DNA of 64,000 nucleotides, taken from the NCBI RefSeq assembly GCF_018350175.1, contig NC_058368.1, positions 205,842,001-205,906,000 on the forward strand, read 5' to 3'. Below the pieces are notes generated by a model. That model ran no database searches, was not told the origin of the DNA, and saw only the letters and a program-made list of their open reading frames with translations. Positions 11,395 to 24,003 of this stretch are shown here, piece by piece. Numbering within the stretch: position 1 is the first letter of the stretch; each line of letters starts with the position of its first letter. This DNA comes from Felis catus. Lineage: Eukaryota. A program made the position numbers and the translations under genes.

Positions 11395-12105
11395 AAGAAA
11401 CCTGGAAAGAGAGAGTCAACCCCAAAATGTATCAGTCCCCTTCCAATCCCAGATTCAGGTAGTTCTTCCTTAAGCCATGATTTCTCTACCCACAGACCGT
11501 GCTAGATTTGTTCTGTCACTAAGGTAGAGCTACCCGTCACTGATTTCCAGAAAAAATTGGTCCTTTACTATTGTCTCTCATGCATCTTCTCTCCCATGTC
11601 ACATAACTCTATCCTAGGATTATTGTGCTGCAGAAACATGGGCAAGGCTTTGGGGAGAGACTCTTTTCCCCTGGGCCCAAAAGCACATTCCTTTGCAAGA
11701 AGCGTTAGTAACTTTGAGACTCTGTCTTCCACCAAAACCAATTAACATTACAGCATTTGCAACTCAGTGGCCTCCCCAGTCCTGATTTCAAACAGTAAAA
11801 AGAAGTTTCTATAACAACTTCAGACCATAAGGCCGTGTGATACAAGAATGATTTCTGCCTGGGTCCTGCTGGGGTGTGGCAGGAGGGAGGGCTGCCTGTA
11901 CCCCTCTCTGTTTTAACAGCTTTTGACCCAAGAATTTTTAAAACAGGAGTGCACATCAAAGCTCACCTTCTCCTTCATTCTGCTGATGTTGTATGATTAA
12001 ATGACAGGTGAATACAGGCAGGCATCTTTCATTATCTGTGTCAGGAGAGTCAAAGACTAGAGAGAATGCCAAGCTGTTGGGAAGTCAGTTGCCCATTCAG
12101 TGCCT

Positions 12106-12106
<1 letters not shown>

Positions 12107-12152
<46 letters not shown>

Positions 12153-12245
12153 ATGTGTGTATCAGAGAGAGAGAGTGTGTGTGTGTGGAGGAGTGGGAAA
12201 CTTGGGAGTGTGTGTGTAGGGGAGAGAGGGTGTGTGTGAGAGAGG
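12107..12245. repeat. Compound (TG)n/(AG)n microsatellite
   Basis: About 22 perfect TG units followed by interrupted TG/AG runs. Confidence 0.95.
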
Positions 12246-13056
12246 GGGAGGGAAAATACGTACACTTGTCTAACAAGCATGGCGTAGGATAGGGGTTTAC
12301 CCACTTTAATCTCTGGATCTAAATTTTCTTATGGGGAATTGCTTGGCAGATTGAATTTAACATCTGAAAATGAAGTAGCCTAGTATGTAACTGGCATTCA
12401 CAAAAAGCTGAGAGCAGGTGGGTTGATGGTGGGCAGAGGGAATAAAGATGGAGGGCCCAGGCAGCAGGGATGTTTAGTCAATTAGATTGTGGCACAGTAA
12501 TTTGGAGACTTCAGCCAGCAACTGAGGAATAAGGAGGCTTGTTTGGGATTTGAAATGAACCAAAGCACATATTTTCAGTAGATGAGCCAGTAAGTGGTGT
12601 CTGTTTCAAGAAGTAAAATGGGTCGGATCTGGACAGCACAGGCCACATAGTGAGGCGCAAGGAAAAGCCTTCAGGCTGGTGCTCCCTTTCTGCCCTGTAC
12701 TCACAGGGCTCCTGAAGGGAAGCACAAGCCCATTCCACTGAGCGCTCATCCAAAGGGAACAGCTCCACTCTGGAGAGACCTTATTGAAAACTGGGGGAAG
12801 GGGAAGCATTGCCAAATCACTAGACACAAATATATAGTTGAACACACTGACCTTCCTTGTTGCAGCAAAAGAGAACTCCCACCATTGGGAACCATGATAC
12901 ATCCCAGTGAGAGGGTTGGAAGGGAATTTTAAGCCCTATAGAATTGGGGCTTAGGTTGAGTGACTTGGGGAAAGGTTCAAGGAATTAGAGGTTCTCTCTA
13001 GACTGGATTGTGTGAAAAGGCAAGGATAATTCTATAAGTGGGTATCTCCATAAGCC

Positions 13057-13290
13057 TTTACTTATTTATTTATTTTTTAATATTTTTTAATGTTAATTTA
13101 TTTATTTTGAGACAGCGTGTGAGCACACGAGAGGGGAAGGGGCAAAGAGAGGGAGAGAGAGAATCCCAAGCAGGTTCCCAGCTGTCAGTGCAGAGTCCAT
13201 CACGGGGCTCGATCCCACAAACCGTGAGATCATGACTTGAGCCAAAATCAAGAATCTGATGCTCAACCGACTGAGCCACCCAGGCACCCC
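13057..13290 (-). mobile_element. CAN-SINE (first of a tandem pair)
   Basis: T-rich tail, AG-rich tract, ending ...ctgagccacccaggcacccc. Confidence 0.93.
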
Positions 13291-13295
13291 AAGTC

Positions 13296-13464
13296 TTCTT
13301 TTTTTTATGTTTGTTTGTTTTGAGAGAGAGATAGAGAGAGAGAAGAGGGGCAGAGAGAGAGGGAGAGAGAGAATCCTAAGCAGTATCCACACTCAGCGCA
13401 GAGTGCAGGGCTCAATCTCACTACCTGAGCCAATCGCTTAACTGACTGAGCCACCCAGGCTCTC
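13296..13464 (-). mobile_element. Shorter, internally deleted CAN-SINE (second of the pair)
   Basis: T tail, (AG)n, ...gcttaactgactgagccacccaggc; part of the central gagatcatgacc region is missing. Confidence 0.88.
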
Positions 13465-15617
13465 CATGAATAACTCCTATCTGTATGGCCAGAAGAAGGA
13501 TGAACTATAATTGGCAAAGGAGGTGCAGTCATTTATTTTAGTCTAGAGAGGTAGATGTTTGGTTACTTTGTGGGTGATCTTGTTTTTGTGCTTAGACAAA
13601 ATTAAAGTATCCTTTTTTATCCCACTGTCTCATGATCTCAAGTAACCTAGTCTGAGGTTGGTATTCTGGGAGATTGTTCAGGTCCAAAAGGAACATAATA
13701 GGCCTAGTTGTGCATGTCAGGCCAGCTTCTAAATGTCAGGGGTGGCTTTTAAATTTCTTTTCTCCCTTTTCAGTGCAATGCAGGGAAGAAATATCACTTC
13801 CATTTGGTTTAAAGCCTCTGGTGTGAATTAGGCTTTCCATGTGCTTTTTCTTTGTGGTTCTTTTTCTCACTGAAATAAGTGAGGCTGTATCTATGTAGGA
13901 GCCCAGACCATTTTGATAATGAAGCCAATCAAAGAATTGGTGATACCCCAGCCCAGGTTCGTCTACTGAAAGTGAGAACTCTTCACATTGAGCCATACTG
14001 ACAATCTTGATATTCTTTCTCTGCAGTCTTAAGTTTCTGCCTATCTCATTGAGAAAGGGCTGGGGCTGAATGGCAAATATAAGGAACCCAGGTGGTAGAT
14101 ATCAGAGGAGTTGAGGGTGAGAAAAAAATGTGAGAACACAGAATTTTATAAAGAGAATTGCTGATTCTTTGATATTGGTGACTATTCCAACTTTCTTCCC
14201 AAAGTTTCACAACTTGTTGAAGGCACAAAGAAGCCAGAGGGGAGAGTCAACTGTCACGTTTACAACTGAATTGTTTTCTTGCCCTTTATGGCAGGGGGAG
14301 GCATATCCGCCTGAGCTTGCTTGAATGGGTGCACTAGCAGGCTTATTTGTGTTGGGTGCATTTGGTAGACTCAGCTTTGGGTGACTAATCTATGCATTCC
14401 CAAGGGTGACTCCAACAGGTATAAATACTTATTCCAGTGAGGTGTATGAGCTAAATCCTCTCTGTGAAAGGATAAAAGGGTGAGGAGTTGCTCCACCTGC
14501 ACCCCACCTAACAAAATTGTTACAGAAATCTCAAATGAGTTAACTAACACCACTCTAGGCAATGACATTTCAGCTTTTAATTTATCACATTCAGTTGATA
14601 AAATATTTTCTTCCGTAATATTCTCATTATAACAACAATTTAAAAAGCTGTAAATATGATATTTTCTCAGACTCTCTGGCCTTGGGGCATTTCAGAAGCA
14701 AACACTAGATGCATCGGCTGCAGACACTAATCTTTGGCTTCATGGTGTAGAGCACAGATCTTCCGGCTCTTGATCTGTGTGTCTGGGATGGTTGCCTCAC
14801 TCATTAACTTATTTTAAAGTACTAAAAATAATTAGACAAGGATAGATAGAAACTTGCTTGTCATAATTGATTTTTTTTTTCAGAAATCGCAAGTATAGCT
14901 TGCATTTTTGCTTTAGAATATTCCTTCCTCCCACCCCCTCATCACTTATTTCTCTGTGGCCTCAGCTGTTAAAAGAAAAGAAGCTTACAAGTTGTTTCTG
15001 GAGCTGTGACATCCCTTCTTGAAGGAGCGGTATGTGGCAGTGAGACTGTAATGTGTGATTTCATTAGTGAATGCTAACAGCACAGGCTGCCCTTTGGAAA
15101 TGTATGGGAGATTTGGCCAATATAAAACTGAGCGAATTCACCGCGTAGCTGCTGCCTGTCTGAATACTAAGCAGAAAAGCTGTTGCCAATATGACTTAAC
15201 TATGGTTTGAAAATGAACCAGTCAAGAGGATAAACAACACAGTAACAAGTTATTCATGAATGTACATTTTTCAGATGTTTTGGTTCATTTTTGAAGAGTT
15301 TAATTTAGATGGCCTGTTTCTCCAAATAAAATACTTGTAAGAAGTAGCTTATAGTGAAGAGACTGTAGGGAAGCTAGGTTAGATAGTTCAGTCTAAGTCA
15401 AATCTGTCAACAGATACCCAGTGTTGATTTGGGGGACATATGATGGAAAAAAATAGCCTGGAAACTTAGTTTTATTCCTGTCTTAGTTTTACATTTACTG
15501 GTTAGCAGTTGAACGTTTGTGTAATGAATTTGACCCTTATTGCCATTCACAAGCAGAGCAGGCTGCCACGTGCATTTCTACCTGGTTTTATAGACAGAAG
15601 GAGAATTTCACACCTTT

Positions 15618-15622
15618 GCGTG

Positions 15623-15669
<47 letters not shown>
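15618..15669. repeat. (GC)n(AC)n microsatellite
   Basis: gcgtgcgcgcgc followed by about 20 AC units. Confidence 0.95.
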
Positions 15670-15671
<2 letters not shown>

Positions 15672-17696
15672 CATTACCACTATGGGCTTACACTTTACAC
15701 TTGTGTTCTAAGCAGCCCCCAAACAGGATGTGGCCAATACTCTTGTATCTGATAAGGACTGAGAGACTCCATAATACCATGGACATTGAGGCAGATGTTT
15801 TAATGTCTCCATGACATGGGCTGTGCAAATAAAGGCATATTCAATGGTCCACAATTTTCTGCTCCAAGTAGCATTAGGTAGCCAGCTTGAGATTGAAAAT
15901 GTGATGTGATGTGTGTGTGTGTGTGTGTTGAAAGGTGTAAGAGAGAAGTAATGAAAACAAACAGAAATCTACTTTTTTCTCAGCATCTGTGAGAATATAT
16001 CTTCTGATTGGAGGTACAGAAAGTGTTCAAAGACCAGATGTGGTGCTCTCACCTAGTTTCAAGATTGTTCTGGAGCATACAAGTACAGTGATTCTTGAGG
16101 TATTTCTTTGGCAATTGAGTTGTGAAATTTTATTTCCCTATCCCAGCATTGCATGGCTTATCTTTGTGATATTTTGAGGCTTTTGTCTTTCTATAACTCT
16201 TGCTAAAAATTCAGATAGAACTTAGATATGGTGGGCTAGAGAGGAGAAGAAAATAGCATAAACCACTTGGTGAATGTTTTTATGCTATGGGTGTAGAGAA
16301 TTTTAATTTCTCTTTTTAAAGTGACCAAAGTAGTTTCTCTTAGAGTCCCAGCTCAAGAATCCATCTATCTTTTGAATCAGCCAGTCACTCAACCAAAAAG
16401 AATGTGTTAAGACCATGCTGTGGGCTTGGAGTGGGGATAGGAGAGGCATGGTGTACTGTCTTATAAAATATTGCCTCCTGATCCTTGGGTTACAGGGTAA
16501 TCTTTTTAGAACTTGAGATTTATATAGGAGACAGAATTAGAGAATGGCACATGACAGAATTTGCAACTAGTACTAACATTTTGACCTGTAGATTTCATAT
16601 GCCATAGGAGCTCAAAAGAAGGAAAGATGACAAAAGTGACTTATCTAATATTTCAGGATAATAATACACTGACCGTCTCTGCCCTTTACCTTCCTCCAAC
16701 CATTGCAATGTGTTGTACACAAATATCAAAAGTATGTCTATTTTCTCTACTCAGATGTGGTCTACTTTTGTGGTTCTCTAATCATTGACCATTGACGGTG
16801 GTAAAAGCATCTTTTCTAAGGTAGAAAATTCTGCTTGATTTTGGGAACATTTCCAGACAATAAGGTTCAAACTAGGCCAACAAGTTGAGTTCTGTGGTGG
16901 TTTCAAAGACCCAACACTTTGTGTGTTTACTGGTGTTAGTGATGGCTGTTTATGAGAGAAGGGAAAACAAAACCATTATGCGAAAGGATTTTCTTTTGAC
17001 CACAAAATTCAGCAAGTCCCCTGAGAAAATTTGGCAACTATGTGACTCATGTCTTATTTTTTAACTTTGAGGTAGAAAAATATGCTTTTAGGTTTGACAT
17101 TCTGTCCTGCCCACCGTATATGCCAAGATACTTCCTTGGTTATCAGAAGTACATATCAATGAAGTACATTCCTTCACTTATTGAATTAACTTGACAAGGG
17201 AGCCACCTTTGGGATTTCTGAAAGATAGCTGGGAAGCAACTTTTGACAAATATGGTTGGTCTATTTTTTCCTCTCTTCCTTCTCAGTTTTGCAGTGAAAA
17301 GGGACAATTTTATAGCAACTTGGCAAAACGCAGCGCAGGAAGTCCCAGCTGTTCTTGCCCCAGCTGCCTGTGAGATCTAATAACATAGGGTGGGAATAGC
17401 ACATCTCTCAGAAGAGCGCACACATTTTAAGTTGCTTTAATTTTCCTGCCAATTAGACTTTTAAGATGCCAAATGTATCTCCAGGCAACCTCTGTGACAA
17501 TTTAGTACCCTTTGGTAAAGGAGCTTAAGGCAAAGAAAGATTTTCAAGTGGCAAACGGCAGGGGATACATTTATTCTTTCATCACCAAAGAAAAATGCAT
17601 GTACGTATTTATGGAGACCTGAGGACACAGGGATATTAATACTGATGCCACTGAAGGATGCTAAAGAGACTGGGAGTCAGAATTCTCAGCCTAGGG

Positions 17697-17940
17697 CAGG
17701 ATTTCTTAGCCTCAACACAATTGACATTTTAGGATAATTCTTTGTTGTGAGGGACTGTCCTGTGCATTGTATGACATTCAGCAGCATCCCTAGCCTCTAC
17801 CATATGACTCCAGCAGCACCTCGACCTCCAGTCAGAACAGTCAAAAATGTCTACAGACATTGGTGTGTGTGTGTGTGTGTGTGTATGTGTGTGTATACAT
17901 GCGTACATGTGAAAATTCCCTCTAGTTGAAAACCCCCAGC
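17697..17940 (+). mobile_element. MER20 (hAT-Charlie MITE) with internal (TG)n
   Basis: attgacatttt..ggataattctttgttgtgagggactgtcctgtgcattgta...cagcagcatccctagcctctacc...aaaaatgtctacagacattg match MER20 as recalled. Confidence 0.88.
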
Positions 17941-18109
17941 CGAGAGCAGCCACTGCACAGATCTATGACAGTTACTTTTTCTGGAGCTCAACTCCTTTAC
18001 TTGTTAAACAAATGATACCAACTGCTCAGGGATTAGGGAAACATAAAATATTTAGTTATATGGCTTGTTTTTTTTGTCTAAGTGAAGATGCCAAAATTTA
18101 TACATTTTC

Positions 18110-18550
18110 AGTGTCTGCTGCCTTCAGAGTAGTCACCTTGGGAATTTACTTATCCATCCAAGTGATACTGAAGCAATTTTAAGACCAGTTTCAGTGGGGG
18201 TAAATCTTTATCTTTTCAGGGTAAAATGGGTTTTTGAAACAACCTAAACTCATTCGGAGCCAAGTTTAATAAATAAGGTGGGTGAACAGAGACGATAAAT
18301 GCTGTTTGGAGGCAAAATCCAAATGGTACAATAATGAGATTGATTTTTCATATGTGCCTCATGAACATACTCTGAAGGCAATTTCAATAGAGGAGTTATA
18401 AAAAGGTTTTGAGTCATCCTACCATTGATGGGATAAGTGAACAATCATCTCCACAGGTAACAATTCTGAATGATAGCTCACTTTCAGCTTGTAAGTTTTG
18501 GGGGAGTGTGTTATAAAAAGAACATCCCACGACCTTAGAATCATACCTCA
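18110..18550. mobile_element. Ancient mariner-derived relic (MARNA-like)
   Basis: agtagtcaccttggga..., gggtaaatctttatctttt..., aactcattcggagccaagt...aataaggtgggtga motifs. Confidence 0.55.
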
Positions 18551-20379
18551 TAGAATAGGGTAGTATAAGAGAAAATATTCTTGATTCTTGAAAATAATGT
18601 CTGTCTTTGAATATGTTTATTATTATTTGTATTATGTGGCTATGTTAAGTGCCTGCACTTCAGAATGACTAATAGATACGATCAGTCCCTAGTCCTCAAG
18701 GTGGTTACTTTCTAGTGGGGAGACATATTCATGAGCAGTTTAATTCAACATAGTGTGGTAAGTGCTAAGATAAACCAGAAGCAGATGTTCACTGGTTTCT
18801 GAACCCAGCACTGCCATTTACTAATGAATTATGTAAGCTGGAGGAAGTCAGTTTCATCTGCCTTCGGTTTCCTGATCTTGTAAAGTAAAGGCATTGACTA
18901 GCCTTTGTCCTCTCTTCGGGCATCAGTACTCTAATTCTGTAGTAAAAGTGACAATTTCCAAGGGCATATGAATTACAATGTTTTGTAGGGGAAATTTAAT
19001 CACATGGTATCTGAACACTAACCTTTAGTTCCATTTGAATTATTACCAAAACAGGAAGGAATTCCCAATTAGATGTTCATGAATACCAACTCTTGAGAGA
19101 CCTGACCTGTTACTGGTAGTTCATTATTAAAGAATGACTGTAAATCAAATGAATTATACTGACTTTCTTTTTCCCGGACTCTGCAGGGTTATAATGAGCT
19201 GTATGTAGCCTTGGTTGACCAGAAGTTGCTGTATCCTAGGAAAATGGCAAGCAGTGGAGAGTGAAGTAAAACGTTTATATTTAAAACTTAAATCAATAAT
19301 CTTTTGTTATCCAAATCAGTGCATTGCTACAAAAATATGACTGACATCCATAAACCTAGGTTCAAGTTTAGATGATTTACAGGGTGCCAGTTTCTGACCT
19401 TGACATTCTCAACTGTAACATAAAGAAATTGGAATGAGAAGTTATATTTTTGAATAACTACAGTAGACATATCTGTTCTCATTTTAGACCTCCTAGCAAT
19501 TGAATGATGCAGATATTTTCATTTCTACTTTATATGTGGAAAAAAGGAGGCTTAGCAAAGCAAACCAAATCACCCAGCCTTACACAGCATCCATGGCAGA
19601 GCTGGATACAAACATATGTCTGCCTGATTTCAGAGTCTGTGTTTCTTTTTTAAGCCCCTACACATCACTCCACGTTCTAAGTTGTTTCTGATTAAGTTCT
19701 GAAATTGTATGATTTTTTTCACAAATAACCCAAAGCAGTAATAAGAAAGTATCATATTTACTAACAACTATAAAATGAAAGAGAAGAAAATGTTTCCATC
19801 TACTTCCAAATTCAGGAATTTTAAACAACAAACAACTTAAAAGTCCTATCAGAAGAGTAGCTTTTCCCAGCATGTGAAAATGGCTTCCAATGAATGTCAT
19901 TGATTCTTACCCAGAATATTTTAGATTCCCAAAGCTTTAGGGATAGAGGAAAAGGCAATCCAATTTTCAGATTATCTCCTTTGGCTAGTGTACTGATTGA
20001 CATGCTAACAGAAAAATAAGTGTGGTGTTCTATTTGGTGGCTTGCCCAAAAAGCAGCTACCTCCAGCTCCAGTTTTAAACATTCACCTGTAAGGAGCCCT
20101 GGTGATTCAAGGGTCTGTGTACTAAAATAGTGATAGTTCAAGATTAAAATAGTCAATTAAGTGAAATATCCCTTTTAACTATATTACTTTTTTATGTTGT
20201 AGATTTTAAAAAGCTGTAGCGAAATATAGAGCTAGAGATTAGCAAGAGCTGTCAGATGTGGCTTCCCGTAGAGTGGCACGGCAGTCTATCCGTTCATTTC
20301 TTTATTCCTTCATTTTTTCTCCATCCTGGGAATGAGTTCATTCCATTGGGTATCTTGTTTGTGTTTTCTGTATAGTTTA

Positions 20380-20625
20380 AGCAGCTCAGAGAATTCACTC
20401 TGGACACCGAGCTGCGCTTGTCCTGACTCTGCCAACTTGCCATGTGTGATCTTAGGCAAGTTCTTTAAACACTGAGCCTCAGTTCCTCTTCTGGAAAAAA
20501 GAAGTGAAAATACACCTGTCTCATAATGCTACTGAAGAGCATAGCATGATAATCATGCAAGGTGTTTAGCTTAGAGCCTAGTACATAGTAAGAGATAAAT
20601 AAATGTTGACTTTCATTATTATTAT
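20380..20625. mobile_element. MIR
   Basis: ctctgccaactt...gtgatcttaggcaagtt...ctgagcctcagtt...cctagtacatagtaag...aataaatgtt. Confidence 0.8.
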
Positions 20626-20984
20626 TATTAACAACAGTTTTATGAGGGCACCCAAAGGCATTCTGCTAAATTAAAAAAGTAAATAATTCTCTTCGAGAAC
20701 CCAATTTCCTATGAAGAGATTTTATTATTGAGGCTAATTAAATTTACTTTAAATAGAACTTTACTGTAATAGAGCTTATTATTATGATTTGGATTTTCCA
20801 ATAGATGTGGATACACATGACAATTCTACTCACCAAGGGTCAGATGTTACATGGCCATTTTGCAGCATGTATCTTAGGGTTTTGTTTTTCTCTAACACTA
20901 ATATTACAGATTTCTATTATGTTGCTCAGTATTTTTCTTATAATCATTTTAAAACTAAGCTTAAATCTGTTACAGTGATTCTGT

Positions 20985-21107
20985 ACATCAGAGTTATCAG
21001 TGGAACTTTACAATCTACGTGTGTTCAAGCTCCTTCTTTGGAGATTCTGCAGTGGCCCTGGATCTCAATGTCATTTTGGTGTTGGGTCTGATTTGAGAAC
21101 CACTGAT
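20985..21107. mobile_element. MER5A-like remnant
   Basis: acatcagagttatcagtggaacttt...gagattctg...tttgagaaccactg. Confidence 0.5.
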
Positions 21108-23795
21108 TGACTATCCCATGAGCTCCTTGAAGAGAAGGACCACCACCTTTTCAGTTTTATACTTCCTAAAATGACATATAATAGCTATTAAGTCTTTTCT
21201 GAGTAGTTTTGGAGGTCAGATATCATAGAAGAACATGAAAGAAAAATTGAGTTACATATTCCAAAGAAACCAAGCCTTGCATGTTTTTAGAAATGAATTC
21301 ATATCTAACAAATTCATAATTGGCCAAAGTCACCTAAACTTATTATGGTAACAATTTTTTAATTAATAACATGATTTTCAAAAATTCAATCTGTAGTATT
21401 CTTCTGACATTGTATTGGTTTATACCAAGGAGTAAAGAAAAGACTAGCCACAATTAACAAATAGCTTAAATACCTATCCTTCGGAGATCTACTAACAGGT
21501 TGGGCTAGCTAGATAATGTTGACAAGGAGCTGCGCTGAGAAAGACATATTGTTGTCATTAATCACATTTCCATTGTTTAAATACATCAAGCAATGAAGCA
21601 GGTTCTGTTGCAAGCAAGCATATATCCATCTCAGGGTGAGGTCAAGCGTGTCTGCACAAATACGGTTGTTATAGTAAAACTGAAAATAGTTCATTACAAC
21701 TCTTCTAGGATCTCTGTCACCCTTGGTGACAATTTGTTGTGACTGGGGTAATTGTGCAGTTAATTCTGGCAGTGAATGGTGGGCCCTTAGGTTGTGTGAG
21801 TTCTCCACATCCCCGTGCCCCCCTCCGTGTTTTTTCCACGTGGCTTGCAAAAACATCACGCACCCTCCAGATGGTATAGCTTAGTGAGCATTTCCCACTG
21901 CAGCCCCATCAGCAAAGAGATGGGAAGGGAGAAAGATTCCTTCTATCTCTAGGAGTCACTTCCCTGTGAGGTTTTGGAAAGGGTTGTTTCAGAATATATT
22001 GATGTGTTTCAGAATATATTAATATCAGAAAGATTTGTTCAGACATGGTACTCTGCAAACTGGATGAAGGTGAGGAGCCATTTTTATTTTTAAAACCAAA
22101 GATCCACATGGTTTGGGAATTGTTGATACCCCTAATAATATGAAGTCTAATATTTGTGTTAATGAAAGAACAATCAAAAGCAGTGACCCCCAAATCAGTT
22201 AATAATAACAGCATCTCAATAATTGCTGATGCCTGTAATCTTAGATCCACACACCTGAACTGATTTCCCCAAAGTCACTTGCTGATTTTTATTTAGGCCA
22301 AAATCTCCAGTTATCACGCCCAGTTTTCTCTCAATAACACAGGGTCACTCTTGGTAGTAATGCCCACCATTGTAATAAATTTCTCAGGGACATCCAGATG
22401 CTCAGTTTTCTTAGAGAAGTGATTGGGTAGTAAAGATAAATAGACTGGTTTTGCAAACAATTATTTCACGTAAGTTAACAATTGAAGCCAAAGGAAATCA
22501 TCTGATGTCCAAAGGAAAAAGATATACGTGTGGAATAAGACATAAGACCTAAGGTCTGGTGAGCAGAAGTTATTTTCTTCTTCTCCTAGTATTATCCCGA
22601 TCTATTCCAATCTAAACTTCACCCTGACCAACACCCACCACGTCTCCACTTGCCAGATCTTACATGCAACACACTTTTGTGATTAGGACAGCAGGAATGG
22701 GAAGAGGACATTTGGTGAATGAAAACAATGCACAGATGCTCATTTCCTTTTAATGTGTATAATATATGTCAAACCAATTAAAGAAAAACTCTTAGGCACA
22801 GTTTTCCAGTTCCCCAAGTGAATATGTAGGTCCTCTTCAGGAGCAGCAGGGAGTAAATTTGGATGGAGCGTAAATGAACACTGTCCATAGCATGACTCTG
22901 TTAAGAGTTCAAAAAAAGGTGGGGCTTCAGTCTTAAACAGGAGCATGGAGGTTGGGGTAGAAGTGGTTTGTGATATTATCATTTCAGACAAGTGCCTTGG
23001 AAACATTATTAATCAAGTTGTAAAGTGTTCTAGAGATCATTGTCCCTGTTCCAGTTAGAAAGGTGTTGCTCCAGGTGTTATATGGCTCTTTGTAGCTCTG
23101 TGCACTTCAAAGTATGATCTCCAATGACAGAAAAATCATTTACATCACACAGTAAAACGTTAGATTAGGGGTCTGTGATATCTAGAACTCAAAAAGTACG
23201 TTCTGTGTGTCATAGGTCGAAGAGGCTGCCTGCCTCTACACTCTTAGCAGACTGATGCCCGGTGTCAGGCTTGTGCTAAGGGAGGGAGAGGGTGGTAGTG
23301 CAGTGAGGTGCCTTGGAGTAAACACGGACACATTGGGGTCTCAAAAGCTTGGTGTGAGTGTGTATTCTGCCAGGGGGCTTTCCTTTAGACATACAGAACT
23401 CTTTGTGTCTAGGGGTAAGGGAAGCATACAGTACATTAGGGAAATGACAAGGGGTTCTGTATTCTGTAACATAGTATTTGGGATTAGAGCAAGAAATAGC
23501 TGTAGAGAAAGAAAAATGGTGCACATTACAAAGGGTCTTCCTTGTATTTCATCCTAAGAAATTTGAGGTTTCCGTGAGAACTAACTGAATGGTTTTATGC
23601 AGGGAAGGGTATGATCAGATTTGGATTTAGGCAAGTCACTGTATCCACAGTAGAGAGAATGGGTTCAAGTGGGGCAGTACTGCAGACAAGGAGACCAGAG
23701 GGGAGTTGCCAGACCAAAATTCCTATTGGAGCAGGAAGTTTGTCTAGTTTTGCACCTCACGATCTAGGTACATAATAGGTAGTCAATAAATTTTT

Positions 23796-24003
23796 TTTTT
23801 AATGTTTATTTATTTTGGGGACAGAGAGAGACAGAGCATGAATGGGGGAGGGGCAGAGAGAGAGGGAGACACAGAATCGGAAGCAGGCTCCAGGCTCTGA
23901 GCCATCAGCCCAGAGCCTGAGGTGGGGCTCGAACTCACGGTCCGCGAGATCGTGACCTGAGCTGAAGTCGGATGCTTAACCAACTGAGCCACCCAGGCAC
24001 CCC
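23796..24003 (-). mobile_element. Felid CAN-SINE inserted in an L2 3' end
   Basis: Full body; perfect TSD gtagtcaataaattttt at 23779-23795 and 24005-24021. Confidence 0.96.

Larger units (their letters stand above)
12780..13765 (-). mobile_element. Probable old ERV-class LTR, split by two SINEs
   Basis: Sequence on both sides of the SINE pair resembles eutherian ERV1-type LTRs; family not identified and boundaries uncertain. Confidence 0.35.

Noticed and set aside
12008..12304. CVCVCV / HTHTHT ORFs here and elsewhere
   Set aside because: Translations of (TG)n/(CA)n microsatellites.
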